Below are positions 13,431 through 28,294 of a stretch of 64,000 bases of DNA, piece after piece. Under the pieces are notes generated by a model. The model was not told the origin of the DNA, made no database searches, and saw only the letters and a program-made list of their open reading frames with translations. Within the stretch, counting starts at the first letter, position 1; every line of letters begins with the position of its first letter. Source of the stretch: Octopus vulgaris (Eukaryota); the NCBI GenBank assembly GCA_951406725.2, contig OX597814.1, positions 61,752,001-61,816,000 on the forward strand, read 5' to 3'. The translations under genes were made by a program, and so were the position numbers.

Positions 13431-13913
13431 GACTTTGAGGTGGTCTGAATTACAAGAAACCGAGAGAATGTAAGAATTTCATAGCTTACTATATGAACAA
13501 TAAACTTATACAATCCCTTTAACATTGTGACTGAAACCATTGCCGGAAAATAAATTTTTATAATTAAGAATACTTGAAAATTATTTTCGAAATTCTATCG
13601 TTCACTTGCCATCAAAATAAACTCAGCGAAGTTATGTTGTGAAGAAGTAGTCAAGATATTTCTTTATCGTCGATGTATTGTTTGACGTCAGCAGGGTTGA
13701 GCATGATGCAAGATCAAATTCATGACTGAAGGGGAATTCATGAAATTTTCATTCGGCTCACTTTATAAAAATGCACTCGGGAAGCTGGAGCAGAAAAGCA
13801 ACAAATCTATCGGAGAATGTTTTGAAGTAAGATATGAGCAGTGTTCATAGAGGTTTGGCAATAAAGAAGTGTTTTTCGTTTGCACTTTACATTCATTATT
13901 ATAGACACACATA

Positions 13914-14080
13914 AGGCAGCTAGCTAGCAGAATCGTTAGCACACCGGGCAAAGCAATATTTCATCTATCTTTACGTTCTGAGTTCAAATTCTACCGAGGT
14001 CGACTTTGCCTTTCATCCTTTCGGGGATTGATGGATTAAGAACCAGTTGAGCACTGGGGACGATATGATTGACTACCATC
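13914..14080 (+). mobile_element. OK-like SINE, diverged
   Basis: agcagaatcgttagcacaccgggcaaa...gttctgagttcaaattctaccgaggtcgactttgcc. Confidence 0.75.
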
Positions 14081-16799
14081 TTGCTATCCAAGAAGTACTG
14101 AAAATACTGCAATGTCTTAAGAATCATTCAGAACCTCCACAACTTTCTAGATGCTAGTAGCAAATTACATGCACACTTTGGAAGCACAATGGTGAACAGT
14201 GTACAAATTTCACGGATGCATAAATCTCAAAGTGCAACCAGAGGTCTTGTAGATATGATAAAATATAAATATATACGGATAACAGGGAATTATGGAATGC
14301 CATGTGCGATTTTAACTTTTTGATTGGATTGCTTGCATTGAAAGTAATACAGCGAAACATAAAATGCTGCAGCAAATAACTGCAATGAAAATCTTTGCTT
14401 TGTAACCACTACATTAGCTGCAGTAACCAAGGCAACTTTTACTAATAGCAGAAATAAAAGGAAAACAAAAAGGGAAGAAAAAAGGTAAAAAAATTCTGGA
14501 AGTGTTTTGAGATGCACTGGAAAGTTGTGTAAAATAACATTTTGCTAATTGTGTAGTCACAATTAAACAAAAGACTTAAAAACTGTTAAATCAGTCATTT
14601 CCTTCCTTACCTCCACTAACCAAAGGGTCCTAAACGCCCATGTCTGTATAAATCTTGGAATAAAATGCACGATAACGATCGGAGATAAAATCGATTGGAA
14701 TACAAATATTAACGAAATTTTTAGTTCTAAAGATAAAGTAAATAGCCTGAAGTTGATGTACACATAAAAAGCAAAGTGAAAGGAGCTCCATCGGTTATGA
14801 TGATAATGATGATGATGAGTATTTAGTTGTTTAAACAACCGTATTATACGCTCACTTTATTAGCATTTAAGCGGCTGAGTATTCCGCAGACATTGTAATC
14901 GTCAGAGAGAATCTGTGCGTCTCAGTGTGTGACGCGGTGGGACCGTTGAATTACAGATATAATTCATTCGACATGCTTCTGCAGTTTCTGTCTATACTAT
15001 TTCTCTCACAAGGCTAAAGTGGAACCGAGGATATAGTAAGAGACCCCGAAGTAAATTTCGTAACCATTCAGTCATGCTCTGTGGTGTAAATGTACGCATG
15101 CAGACAAACATGTGTATGAGGTGGTTTCCATATGTAACACAGTTGAGTTGAAAAACTTCGATTAATTGAGATTATCCTTGTAACTAGAAGACAAATCAGA
15201 ACTTTTATTAAGAGTTAATTTTAATCTAAAAAACACCAAGGAAAAGGGAAATTATAGACAGTGTAGTTACAAGTGCATCTTTTCCTTAAAGTTGACTGGT
15301 GAAAATGATTTTCGGTCTAATTATGTCTCATTAGCGAAACATATTCACTTCAATTAGTAAGTTTTAGAAGCGAGCAATATCTAACGAAACTGATGGAAAT
15401 TTGTGACACTGATTATTAATATCAACTGTAGGGCAGAAGCAAAATACCCCTGATAAGTATTCCTCACTTCTTTCTTTTATATAGCATAGTCAGTTAAGAA
15501 CAAGAGTAGAATTAGGGTGTACCCATGTAATTTGCAGGCCTTTAATTTGGTAAGTGCAGACTGGTTTGTTTAATATTGAGTTTGAACATCTGTAGGTCAA
15601 TTTTTTTCCAAAAGAAATGGTCGGCCAGAGAATGCCGGTGGCTTGAAATTCTGGGCAAGGAAGGAATGTGTAAAGTATTTAAAAAAAATTTTACTTTCTA
15701 ATTCTGAAAGGAGAGGCAGTACCCATGGACTTCTCAGTCTGATGAGACTGGCGTCACTTACGTTTTGCTTAAAGTGTTGTGTGTCAACGACTGCAGGTTA
15801 GACATAAGGTTAGACATAAGCAGGGAGAGAACTGTAGAGGGTCAACATTCTGGGTCGGCATAACTACGTTTAGCAGTTAGCGCGGGACTGAATGGTCGGG
15901 CGCAACATAAGATGTGGTGGTGATAGGAAGAGAGAGACGAAAAAATCAGGAATAACTGATTGGAAGCGGAAATACTAACCCGCTTCGAGGATTAGAGACC
16001 ATTGTAGTAGCAATAGGAAGAAAAAGCATGTCTGAGGGCCAAGAGCTGGAATGTGTCTGAGACCATTTAGTAGAGTTACCTTCCTCTAGATGCAGTGCTA
16101 GCTATGTTAGAGATGTTTGTTCGCCTCAACAAGAACCTCAGTTGATAGAGAGACTTAGCATATGGAGCCATCGCGCGGACTTTCGTTGTTTGTTGTTCAC
16201 CTTTAAGGAGATTGAGGTGCGTTGATACTTTTTTGTATATGAGCAGTGCACGTGTTTTTATGCTGTTGAAGGACACAAGATTAGCATGACTCGGTTGAAG
16301 GAGCATTTCGAGCTTTCTGTTTATGCAATCAGTGAAAGTTGGGCTTTGGCTGATTTATGTAATGATGAGGAGCAGGGCGGGTGTATTGACTGGTCCAAAG
16401 AATAAGCAAAAAGTTAATTCGCACAATTAGTAACCATCGCTATTGTTATTGCAGCTACAATTGCTGCTGCTGTCGCTCCAATTGTTACTGCTGCTGTTGT
16501 TTAGTTCTCAAATCAGTCCTGATCAAAGATGGTCCACCATGATCACACTCGTTTCAAATCTCTATTTCTAGAACGATATTACCCAGCGTTTCCCTTCCTT
16601 ATTTAGTGTGGAAGGATACAATCTGAGGGAGGCTTGGTTGCCATTTCTAGCGGGTAGACTAACCATATACAGGTTTCTTCTTTGGTTCGAGATCACAAAA
16701 ATTGTTTAGTTTCAGGTCAGACCTTGATGGCAGAGAGTCGGTCTTTTAAAGGGAATTTTGAGCTATATTATATAACGTTTCTTATTTAAGACGATAGAA

Positions 16800-17030
16800 A
16801 GGCTGCTAATTGGCAGAACCGTTAGTACGCCGGACAAAAATGCTTAGCGGCATTTCGCTTATCTTTATGTTCTGAGTTCAAGTTCCACCGAAGTTAACTT
16901 TGCCGTTCATCTTTTTAGGGTCGATGAAATAAGAACCAGTTGAGTACTATGGTAGATGTAATCAACTTACTCCTTCCTCCTTTCCTTGAAATTATTGGCC
17001 TTGTGCCAACATTTGCAGCTATTATTTTAA
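16800..17030 (+). mobile_element. OK-like SINE, diverged
   Basis: tggcagaaccgttagtacgccgg...gttctgagttcaagttccaccgaag. Confidence 0.75.
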
Positions 17031-18549
17031 ACTATAAGGCATGATTTGAGAGACTTTTGTAATAGTTATGTCTTGCCTTCGAATTACACTAACAACACCA
17101 TGGGCTTCACCTGTGTTATACAGATGGAGGAGTTTCCGTAACAATTTCTTTGCCGATCTAACGTGCTTTAATGATACAAGTGAAAAGATCGCGTACGCCA
17201 CTTTCTACAGTTTACGAACCTCTCTACTGTCGTTGCTGTTGATTGGTGAATTATTTCAGCTGTTTTAGATAATGTCCTTCATCTCTACAGTTAACAGTAT
17301 AAATGACAGTGAACTGTTTTGCATTTTATTTTTTAATTTATGGCTTTTGCTGAAAGAGAAATATGAAGGAACATACTTGATACATCTTCAGTAGACATTT
17401 CATTTCTATAATTCTCATCGGGTTTGCTTTCAGTGCAGTTAATGTAAGTTAAGAACCTTCATAAACCTAAAAGTTATTCGATTTATCTACAACCAGCAGG
17501 TTCATCAAAATACGCTACTTTTTGGAATTGCACGCAACTCTTCTTTTCTTTAGATTTGGGTTACTTGCTTCTTTAAAATTCTGATTTTAAAGGTAAGAAT
17601 AAGAATCTTATTATGTACGATATTAAATTATCAGTAGAGTCAACAAGAACTGTCATACAGGTAATCTTTAAGTGTATTTTTAAATTATAAGCAAAATTTC
17701 CATTTTTGGCAACCTTCTAAAATAGTGCCTAGTTTTTTGAAAACTTTGTACTACTTTTTATGAAATTGATCTGGTGATCTGATAGCAGCAGAGAATTCTG
17801 TAAACAGTTGAGTACGAGATCTCTACTTGTATTATTAAAACACTACAGATCGGCGGCGAAATTGTTTGGAAAACATCTCAATCTGCAAAACTAAGACGAA
17901 GCCATGACGTGGTTAGTGTAATTCGAAGCCAAAATCATTTTGCATGATGTAAAAAAGAATTTAAAAAAAAAAAGCCCTTTTTGTTGTCCACATTTGGTAT
18001 TAAAGTCATTCTGAAACACAAAAGATTTTGAAGATGCCACGAACCTACAGATAAAGAAAAAGATAAAGCAAAGCTAGGTAAAACCATTTGACCGAAAGTT
18101 AATAAGATAATAATAAGATTATTCATATCTAATAGGCTGAAAATGCTAGAAACCAAACAATGTAACTGTGTCAATAAATGACTTTATTTCAAAAATACAT
18201 TTACAAGTAACATTTTATGAAATGAATCCAATGAAGGAAAACTAGGTAAAATAGATAATTAAACTGAATATTATATCCTATTGTAATCCTATTAATGAAC
18301 GTATTAGACTTCGTTCGCAATCCGCCAAATTCAGGATGTGGTAAAGTTGTGTCATTAACATTAACAACAATAATACAGTCCGAAATTATTTGTTAAATTG
18401 AAAACAGATATCTATGAAGAAAAAAATTTATATTATCAAGGACTAGTTTAAAAGAACTTAATGTATTATATCAGACGGAACAGTAAAAATACTTTCAAAA
18501 TCAAATCGACAAAACCAAAAACGCAGCTGACAACAAACTGTCTTCCTTG

Positions 18550-19999
18550 GAGTGGCCGGAAGAAATATTCCAAAGCGAAGTTGAAGGGCTCTAGCCTACA
18601 GAAGAGACTGAGCAAGTGGAAAGACCATTTTCAAAACTTTCTTGGGAAGTCATCGAGTACATCAAAGCAGCGGATCCATCGTATTGTTGAGGAGGTCCTG
18701 GGTATCAAGCAAGGACCATTCTCGACAGAAGAGCTTGAAGTCGTACTGAGGAAGACCAAAAACCGAAAAGCTGCAGGATTGGATGACATCCCTTCTGAAG
18801 TCTGGAAAAACGGAAATTTCAAAGACATTCTTCTCAAATCGTGCAATTCACATTATCATCAAAGTCTGGACAGAAGGATGTATTCTGCCTTTCCCCCAAA
18901 AGGGGATCTGGGCCTTGCAATGAACTACAGTGGAATTGCATTAACACCAATTGCAGCGAAGATTTACAATGCAACGCTACATAATCAAATCCAACATCAA
19001 ATTGAAAGAGTTCTTTAAAAAATGGCTTCAGGAAGAGCCGCTCTACATCTGGTCAAATTCTCAGTTAGGCTGATGTTGGAAGGAGAACGAGCCAAAAACT
19101 TTAATGCAGTTCTGCTCTTTGTTGATTTCTCCAAGGCCTTTAACTCTGTACACAGAGATACGATTGCAGAAATCCTTAGGGCATATGGAATCCCTGATGA
19201 AACAATACATGCAGTAATGATGCTGTATAAGGACACTCGAGCGAAAGTGCGGGCACCAGATGGAGCTACTGACTTCTTCGATGTTCATGTGGGAGTAGTG
19301 CAGGGTGACACACTAGCTTCTTGTTCATCCTGTGTCTCGATTATGTATTGCGATCAGCACAATGATCCGGGTTTCACTTTACAGAAGTCTAGAAGCAGAA
19401 GATATCTGACCACCTACTTGACTGACGCCGATCATGCTGATGACAGCGCTCTTTGCAGACAACACAAAAGATGCTGAACGTTTACTCCATCTTCTAGAAA
19501 ATGCTGCCGCTAACATAGGACAATATGTGAATGAAAAGAAGACAGAGTTTATCCTCCTAACAGTTCTTCAGAGCAGTTGTTGAACCTGTGCTTGTATATG
19601 GATCTCCGACTTGAACTCTAATCAAGAGGCTCAGGTGCATGTTGGACGGTGCCTACACCAGAATGTTACGTGCAGTGCTCAGCATCTCTTGGAGGGAGCA
19701 CTCAACAAAACAATGGTTATACGAGAATGTATCAACTTTCTCATCAACCATCCAAAAGCGTAGATTGATATGTTTGATGTCCACTGCTGGAGAAGTAAAG
19801 AAAAACTTGTGAGTAATGTGTTGCTGTGAACACCAAATCATGGTACCACAGCAGCTGGAAGACCACGGAAGACGTATATACAACAGCTTGCAGAAGATGT
19901 TGGATGCCAACTTGAACACCCAAAAACACTAATGGAAGATCGGGAGGGGTGGAGAGAGGCAGTCAGGCTGGCCCGGGCAGTCAGCTTGACTGGATGATG
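18550..19999 (+). mobile_element. RTE/RTEX-clade LINE, 5'-truncated, decayed
   Basis: ORFs 18461-19018 and 19022-19477 contain KAAGLDDIP, NYSGIALT, FVDFSKAFNSVHR, GVVQGDTLA and DADHADD; many frameshifts. Confidence 0.85.
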
Positions 20000-20161
20000 T
20001 CCGAATTAAAAAAGGAATTAAAAGCCGCACTCTGTGCGAACTTTTAAGCTAGCTCCTGCGGAGGGCTAATTGGGACTACGGTCCAAAACCAAAAAGAGCA
20101 ACTATTGAATAAAAGCTCCTGAATGAATGAAGCACAGTTCTCTTCTCTACAAATGGCCTAA

Positions 20162-20201
<40 letters not shown>

Positions 20202-23200
20202 CATAAAAACACTACCGATGGACTTGATTGAAGAACAAGGTATATAGAAACAAAAAAAAATAATCCAAGCAAATAATTGGCGTAATGTAACCAATTAATA
20301 AACAGTTAATGTCGTGAGAGACCATTCCTTAGTTGAAAATGATTTCATCCTCCATAAAAACGTTCAGTTTCCTCCAAAATCTTTCAGAGTGAATACTCTT
20401 GGGCATTTATCAAACAGAGAAGAAGGCAAAGAATTGTATATGGTAGTCTGGCTTATCTTAATCTTTCAAACAATATGCTTGGAATGTAAAAAGAAATCGA
20501 TTTTGAAGAACACCAGGTTTTAACAACTGGAACGTCAATAAGGCTTGGAAAAGAATTCATAACGCTAAGGCAGTCGTAAGAGATATTGGAAACATTCTCA
20601 CAACTGTCGGCTGGTTTCTTTCGTTGATTTCGTTGTTCTAATAGCATTTGGCGGGATAGTAAAGCGTAAGTTAACCGAAATATTCTCAAATTTACCCTTG
20701 AAAATGATACTGAATATATCATCTAAAGCAATTACATAACCCAGTTGGTTACAATGAGTTAAAATTCGCATCGTATCACTTCAAAATAATTGGTACTGCA
20801 GAAAGAGTGGTTCAAACATTAAAGCAAGCAATAAAATATTATCATCCTAGAATTTATTACTTTGATTTATATGCATACAAAAACGTTTTCAGTCACAGAA
20901 TTATCACAGGTAGTTGTAGAATGTCTCAAACAGAGAAATTAATTGGAAGAAACCTACGAGATGCTAGAAACCTATGCTTTGAAAGTGGCAAGCAGAATTC
21001 ATATAATTATAAGTTGGTGCTATGTACTGCTGCTGTATACTATTATGTTGTTCATGCCAGACATTCTATTGTTTGATTAAAGAGGCGAGAACGGTGTGCA
21101 TCTGAATTTGTTTAAATTGAACAGCTACTTCAATTGTTGACATTAGCAAGCAAAAATAATTCAACCCTTTTAATAAATTACAACAGACTATAGTGATATA
21201 TGAGAAGATGAGCAATTAAGGGTTGTCATGTCACAGTGATATGTCACATAGAAAATGTTATATCACCAATCACTAATTTTCTCAGAAGTTCGTGAAGAAA
21301 TACAGAAATGTTTGCGTTTGTAGTTGTCATCGTGTTTATTTTGAATGCTTTCATTATGAATTACAGGCCTTGATTAGTTACTGTATTCCTAAAATTGATA
21401 GCGAGTTCTATAAGCGTTGACTAAGAAAGGGGGGGGGGATAAAGAGCCTTCTGAAAGAAGCGTACGCGGTTTCTCCACTCTACCACTAAAATACAATTCT
21501 TAAAATAGATTCGCTCACCTACTTAACTACCTCGAGTTAAATCTTTTTCATTTCTCTGGCATCAGGAGAAATTTCAAGTTTAAAATGGAAATATGTTTGA
21601 TATTGAAAGGATTAAGAAACTACTGGGAGACACGGATTACTTTTTTTGTGATGCACTTTCCAAAAATATCGCATATATTCGTGCACGTACGCATGTGTAT
21701 CTTTGTACTTGTGTAATATCACAAATATATTTTTCAACATATCTATGTCTCTCTCAGATTAAAGATGATATCTCCCCGATTTCAGAGAAGTATCTGTTGC
21801 ATAGAATATATTACATTTTTATATATGTATTAGAATAAAGATAAGACAAATGTCTTTTGTAATATCATATGTTACATTTATGTGTTACTAAAGAATTAAA
21901 GACAAACACTTGTCCTTTCTGTCCAATCTCATCAAAGAATAGTTTTCTTGAAGTGATTTTTAGATGGAACAGAACAAATAGTTAAATACTTCAGAAAACC
22001 AGAAATGCCCCTCAATACTAGGCTTCTATTACAATTTTGAATTGATTCCTAGAAGTAAATTCCAAACTCATGTCATTTCTATACGATATTTTGATGATAC
22101 ATACATACATACATACATACATGCGCACATGCATACATACATACATACATACATACATACATACATACATACATACATACATACATACATCATACATCAC
22201 ATCCATCCATACATACATACATACATACATCCATCCATACATAAATACATACATACATACATACATACATACATACATACATACATACATACACACATAC
22301 TATCTGCTATCTCAAGCGGTCGAGCGTCCATCATTGATAACACCAAGGAAGGTCGAAATCACGTGATCTTGGTGGTCTCGGCGCTGGAGATGGCGGTGAT
22401 TTATCTTCCCGCTAGCGATATGGACATGAGTGCATTTTACACCGAAAGGCAATATGAGAATTTCTCTCGTGCTATCTATCGCAGTATAGTTTGTTCTAAT
22501 AGAACATCCCCGTTTAAGTGGGGGATAGAAATTACCCCTTGTTGAAACGTTGGAACCTCAAGCAGTTAAGTTACAAATAATAGCGAGTAAATATTGGTTT
22601 AGAAACTTCTTTAGGCAGAAAACGTCGAAGGGTGCCCGTGGAACTCGATTCCACATCTCTTGTAAAGATGGCAGGTGTGCCAACATGGTCGGTGTACCAC
22701 TGCACCAAAGCAATCGAATTTCTCTATCAATTTTAGAAAGTTTACTCTTACCAGCGACGCCTGAGGAGTTTATAAACTCCGATAGAATATGTACTCTTAA
22801 GTCTTACAGACTTATAAATTCTCCTGACGTCTGTAATACATACACACTCACACACACACACACACACACGCACACACACACACACACACACTCACACACA
22901 TACATATAAGATCCAAGGATCAAGGTGTAGGAAGTTAGTAAGCTTCAAGCAATCCGCAGAAGGTACAAAAACAACTTTCGGGAATAATAGTGTTTACTGA
23001 CGTAGGTTATAAATTCTTCCTATATCGAAGTTCAATAAGCTGAAAAAAGTTATTTTATAGTTCACGCTTAGTAACTGGGGTTGCCTTGTGTATAGGAATA
23101 AAAATCCAAATTTAGGGAATGGAGTAGATAAAATCCAGGGTATATATGTTTCCTAGCTAACAAAACCTCGGAAACAGTATTTACCCAAACGTGGCGTACT

Positions 23201-23274
23201 CCGCGAGCTACTCATCTGGCCAAAGATACCTTAGTCAAATGAAGGTTACTTTGTCGTCAAGGAATCCCGTGTTA

Positions 23275-23309
<35 letters not shown>

Positions 23310-23310
<1 letters not shown>

Positions 23311-24575
23311 TGGTTGTCTACTCCTTTTGCAGAGTTTGACCACCTCCTGTACCTACACCTTAGAACCATCATGACATCTGAAAAGACACCCACACAGATT
23401 GCATATCCGATTTGGACCACGAAGAGCTGCAGAGAAGTTATGATCTTTGTGGATCTTAAAATGTCCTTCGAAGCCTCCGTTAGATTTGAAAACCTTCTGG
23501 CATAAATTGCATTCAAATGTGTATGGGCAGACATATGGGCAGAATAGTTGGTGGAGATTCGTTTTCCATGGGCTCGCAAATGAGATTTGAGCCCGGCAAA
23601 AGAAAGGCATGGTCTGTCACAAACCGTGCACACAAGAAGGTCATTGTGGTTCACCTTCCCGATCGTAACATTAAAACTCTTTTGAGTGTTGCATGCGTTA
23701 TCCTGACCTCTTCAAACGCTTTCACTCCACTCCAAACTTTTGTTTGCCATCCAGCTCGATCCAATGCAAGGGTTTCTATGTCCTCTGGATCCATTCCAAA
23801 TGACTTTATAGTAGTCCTTATGTCGTCCTTTAACCTTTTTTTAAAAGTTTACGCCGATAGCGTTTCCCCTCTGCAAGCTCACCATAAAAGAGCTGTTTGG
23901 GTATGCATTCATCCGCCATTCGAACAATATGGCCACACCATCTCATTTGGTTTCTCAAAATCATAGTTTTAATTGAGGTAATGCCTGCAGATGCAAGAAC
24001 AGCTGTGTTTAAAGTAAAAGAACCCCATTTAATGTTTAAAATGCGATGAATGCATTTTTGGTGGAATTGTTCAAACAATTTAAAATGTCTTTCATAACAT
24101 GTCCATGCTTCCCAAGAATACAACAGGGGCGGTAAGACAAATGATTTGTAAAGTGCCAACTTTGCATTGTTATTTATATGTCGCTGGCGCCAAACGCGTG
24201 ACTCTAAGCGACCAAATGATTTTGCTGCCCTTTGAATTCGTAGTTGTATTTTTGTATCAAGATTTCCATCATTTAGATGAACGAATTAACAACATCAAGT
24301 AACTTATCGTTAACAAAATTTTTAATGGGATTACAAACAGCACCACACGCAGGTTGATGCATTAAAACTGTTTTTTTCAAGTTGATGGTCAAGCCAAAAT
24401 CATCACAAGCTGAGTCAAATGCAGATACAAGAGATTGCAAACCTGTTTCAGAGCAACTGACAAGATTGCAATCGTCAGCATATAAAAGTTCCCTAATGAG
24501 TGAAGTAAAAACATTCGTCTTCAAGTTCAGTCTGGTCAGATTAAAAACATTCCCTGTTGTTCGATATTTTATGTA
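23310..24575 (-). mobile_element. RTE (BovB-like) LINE 3' portion with C-terminal C2H2 zinc fingers
   Basis: Minus-strand IRELLYADDC, FGLTINLKKT, LLYSWEAWT, MRWCGHIVRM..IPKQLFYGEL, then CTVCDRPCLSFAGLKSHLRAH and CNLCQKVFKSNGGFEGHFKIH; ends at (TA)n. Confidence 0.85.
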
Positions 24576-24817
24576 AATACCCTCCTAAGAGGGTCGCTAT
24601 GAGTGTTACTGGTAACATATAATCCAGTACAACCTGTCCCATGGTCGGGTCGTCGGCGACTAAACTGACAACCCCATCAGGCTTGCTCGGTGAGGAGAGT
24701 GTTGTTGGACACCCTGCGGGATGAAAAATAAGACCCGTCAAAGGGCGGAGGAACTCATGAGCAGTCAACGGCCATCCGACAAAATATCTGTAAATATGTA
24801 TATATTTTCTTTTTTAT

Positions 24818-24871
<54 letters not shown>

Positions 24872-25162
24872 TATTTTTACTTATATATTATTTATATTTA
24901 GATCTTACTATATTTATATTTTAAAATTGCATATCTTTTACTTTTTTTATATTTATACATATTATTTATACTTCATATTTATATTTGCAAATTACACATC
25001 ATACTTTACTTTTTTTTCCTTTTTTCATGTATGAATGAGCTACTCCACGTCGGCCACTGGAGTGATATTTGATCACTTTACAGCGTTTTTGAGTGTCAGT
25101 TTTGTGTCTGGAATGGGATAGCTTACCTTATGGGCAGGTAGAAGTTCCTCAACCTTGGTTGG

Positions 25163-25206
<44 letters not shown>

Positions 25207-25272
25207 GTATAAGAGAGTGGTCACTATGTGGCTCACTCTAGCACTAGTAATAGATCCAATCACCCTTATTAA

Positions 25273-25342
<70 letters not shown>

Positions 25343-25596
25343 CATATATATATACATATACATACACACATACACATGTACACACGCACACGTATAGTCA
25401 GCAATCAAATAATTTGAATTTGTAAAAAATATGATTATATATTTTACATGACTATATGAAATAACATTACATCATCATTGCATTGTAATCTTGTGTCAAT
25501 TTTCATTGGATTCCCCCAATTACTTAATTAGGAATGCAACATGAGTTTTTTTTGGGTTTTGATTACTCTTATAGTGGAATGTATTTTGTTCAAGGC

Positions 25597-25970
25597 CAGT
25601 TTTGTGGGTGGGGACAAGTCGATTACATCGACCCCATTGCGTAACCTATCGAATTACGAAAGGATGAAAGGTTAAGTCGACCTCGGCCGAATTTGAACTC
25701 AGAACGTAAAAACGCACGAAATACCTATTTCATTACTACCCACAAGGGGCTAAACACAGAGAGGACAAGCAAGGACAGACAAACGGATTAAGTCGATTAC
25801 ATCGACCCCAGTGCGTAACTGGTACTTAATTTATCGACCCCGAAAGGATGAAAGGCAAAGTCGACCTGGGCGGAATTTGAACCCAGAACGTAACGGCAGA
25901 CGAAATACGGTTACGCATTTCGCCCGGCGTGCTAACGATTCTGCCAGCTCGCCGCCTTAATAATAATAAC

Positions 25971-26045
<75 letters not shown>

Positions 26046-26262
26046 CATCCTTTTTACTGGAATCACAAGGCCTCAAACTTGGGGGAAGGGATTAAGTCGA
26101 TTACATCGACCCCTGTTCGTAACTGGTATTTATTTTATCGATCCTGAAAGGATGAAAGGCAAAGTTGACCTCGGCGGAGTTTAAACTCAGAATGTAGCGA
26201 CAGGCGAAATACTGTTAAGCATTTCGCCTGGCGTGCTAACGATTCTGCCAGCTCGCCGCCTT
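25597..26262 (-). mobile_element. Tandem OK-like SINE copies separated by (AAT)n
   Basis: Reverse complement of the same SINE consensus, three partial or full copies. Confidence 0.85.
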
Positions 26263-26299
26263 AATAACAATAATTTCTGTTTCTATTCCCCAGCCTGTC

Positions 26300-26545
26300 T
26301 GTTGTTGTTGTCCTTGTTGTTTTTGTCGACTCATGGGTTGTGGTGCTTTCGTCTGGACATTTCATTTTGTCCTTCTCTTCTGGTTCTGTGGGCAGTGAAA
26401 CCGTAAATGGTCCGTTGAACTACATTTGTGGCACCTCGACCTTCTCCCTTCCCCGTTCACCCTTAGTTCTACTCCATTCGAGAGGGATATCAGATCTGGG
26501 GCTTTCTGTAACTGCTCTGGTTTCATGTGGAGAAGAATTTCCAAG
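26300..26545 (-). mobile_element. L1/Tx1-type ORF1 (gag-like) fragment
   Basis: ELRVNGEGRRSRCHKCSSTDHLRFHCP is a CX2CX4HX4C zinc knuckle. Confidence 0.6.
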
Positions 26546-28255
26546 AAATTTGAAAATAATACAGAAGGGTAGCTGGCTTGTAAAATGATTTAACTAACAA
26601 AATCCAGTATAGAACCTTTTAAAACAATTAAATTTAAAACAAGTAAATTACAGCGCTCCAAAAACACACCTCCAGCTAGGCGATAATAATAATAACTGTT
26701 TCAAATTTTGGAACAGGGTCATTTTCAGGGGAGGTATAAGTCGGTTACCTCGATCCCGAAAACGTGTCGATAAAATAAGTACTGCTAAGTATTTTGTACC
26801 ACTGTAGGTACAAGATCAATATTTTGAGGGGAGGGGAAAATGGGTATCATCAACTCTAGTCCTTGACTTGTAATAATAATTCCTTTTTACAAAGAAAGCA
26901 GATATTCTCAATTGCAAAACTAAGTTCAGCCTTCATTAATTTCTATGGTTTCCAGCTAAATTGGAAAATCAACTTAAAGTTATCCGCTTGAGAATAACAA
27001 GAAACTCAATAAATTCATAATTATATTAAATTTTTTTTAAGGCAGATATTGAAGCGTCGGACCTAATATTTTGCGGTAATTGTTGCTCTAACGACTTACA
27101 TTCAGAATTCAAACTAATCGAGGCCAACTTTGCCTTTCATTCTTAAGGGGTAAGATAAAAAAAGAAAGAAGGAAAGACGGACAAAAAAAAAAGAAAGAAA
27201 GAAAGGAAGGAAAAAGGAAGAAGAGAAAGAAAAGAGAATTAAAGAGAAAATAAAGAAGGGAAGAAAGAAAAACGAAAGAAAGAAAGAGTTCAGGGAGGAG
27301 GGTTGATAGAATTCGACTCCTTTCGTCCTGACATCAGTAGTGACAACACTGGTATTAAATTCTGTCGGCCCTAGAGTCTCTTTCGGAAAAACGTCGGTGT
27401 GTTGAGAGGGGAGAATTTGCTCATCTTCCATGAAAAAAAATCTTGTCCAGGACACTTCATAGACAACCTTGACCTTGCATCTCATTATAAAACCATTTTT
27501 AACACGTAGTTAAATCTTCATTGAAGCAATCTTTTTTGGCCTGTTGTTGCTTTTTGTTTATCCCCAGATTAGATTAGTCGATTTGATCCATTACAAAGCT
27601 ATTCTAACGTTGATCATTCCTTGCTTCTTTTGGATGCTCTGTATCTAGTACCATATTTATTGTGTACTTCTTCTTCAAGAGCATTACGCATAATTTGGGA
27701 GAGATTTGACTACTAATTCAAGTAGATTGCATAAGGTGACCAGATAGATGCGATCTCTTTAACTTGAGTGATTACAAATTAACTTCCTCGATATTTTCTT
27801 CTCCTTCTTACCGTCTCTTCAACATTCATTCATTGATTTATTCTCCCATTAAATCTTTTATTATTCCATTCTGTCACTATTCTCTCCTTCAAATGAACTT
27901 CTACACTCTCAAAATATAAATCAGGCAACACGATCTTCGTATTCCGAAATGGTAAATCTTCCATTTTAAGAGGCAGCCTGCAGTGATGCTTTCTCCCGCG
28001 GCAATAAAGTGAAATCAGTATCAGAACCAGGCTTCGTTGCCTGAAAGACGGAAGATTGCAAAGGAGCGAAGTACCAGTCGCTCTTCAGTATGTTTCGTTT
28101 CCGAATCTATACTGATGGAAACTTCAGAGCTCTCGCACACTTGAGTCGCTTCCCTATTCACTTTAATGGTAGAAATTGCAATGTGCAAGAATAAGCACCG
28201 CAGAGTGAAATAGTTCTTTCAGCACATCTCTCTTTCTCTCTCTCTCTCGCTCTCG

Positions 28256-28294
<39 letters not shown>

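Noticed and set aside
15735-15760. CTGATGA-gac-tggc-gtc hairpin; similar case at ~28082 (-)
   Set aside because: No GAAA...UH half of the core.
17124-17245. Possible + strand exon (tatacag| ... ATTG|gtgaat; WRSFRNNFFADLTCFND...LLSLLLI, or DGGVSVTISLPI* as a last exon)
   Set aside because: No recognisable domain, weak donor and ambiguous frame.
24720-24780. HDV-like fold on the minus strand (GGCCGTT...GAG-TTCCTCCGCC-CTT...GACGGGT)
   Set aside because: P1 has a G-G mismatch, with no GG for P1.1 and no J4/2-P2 closure.
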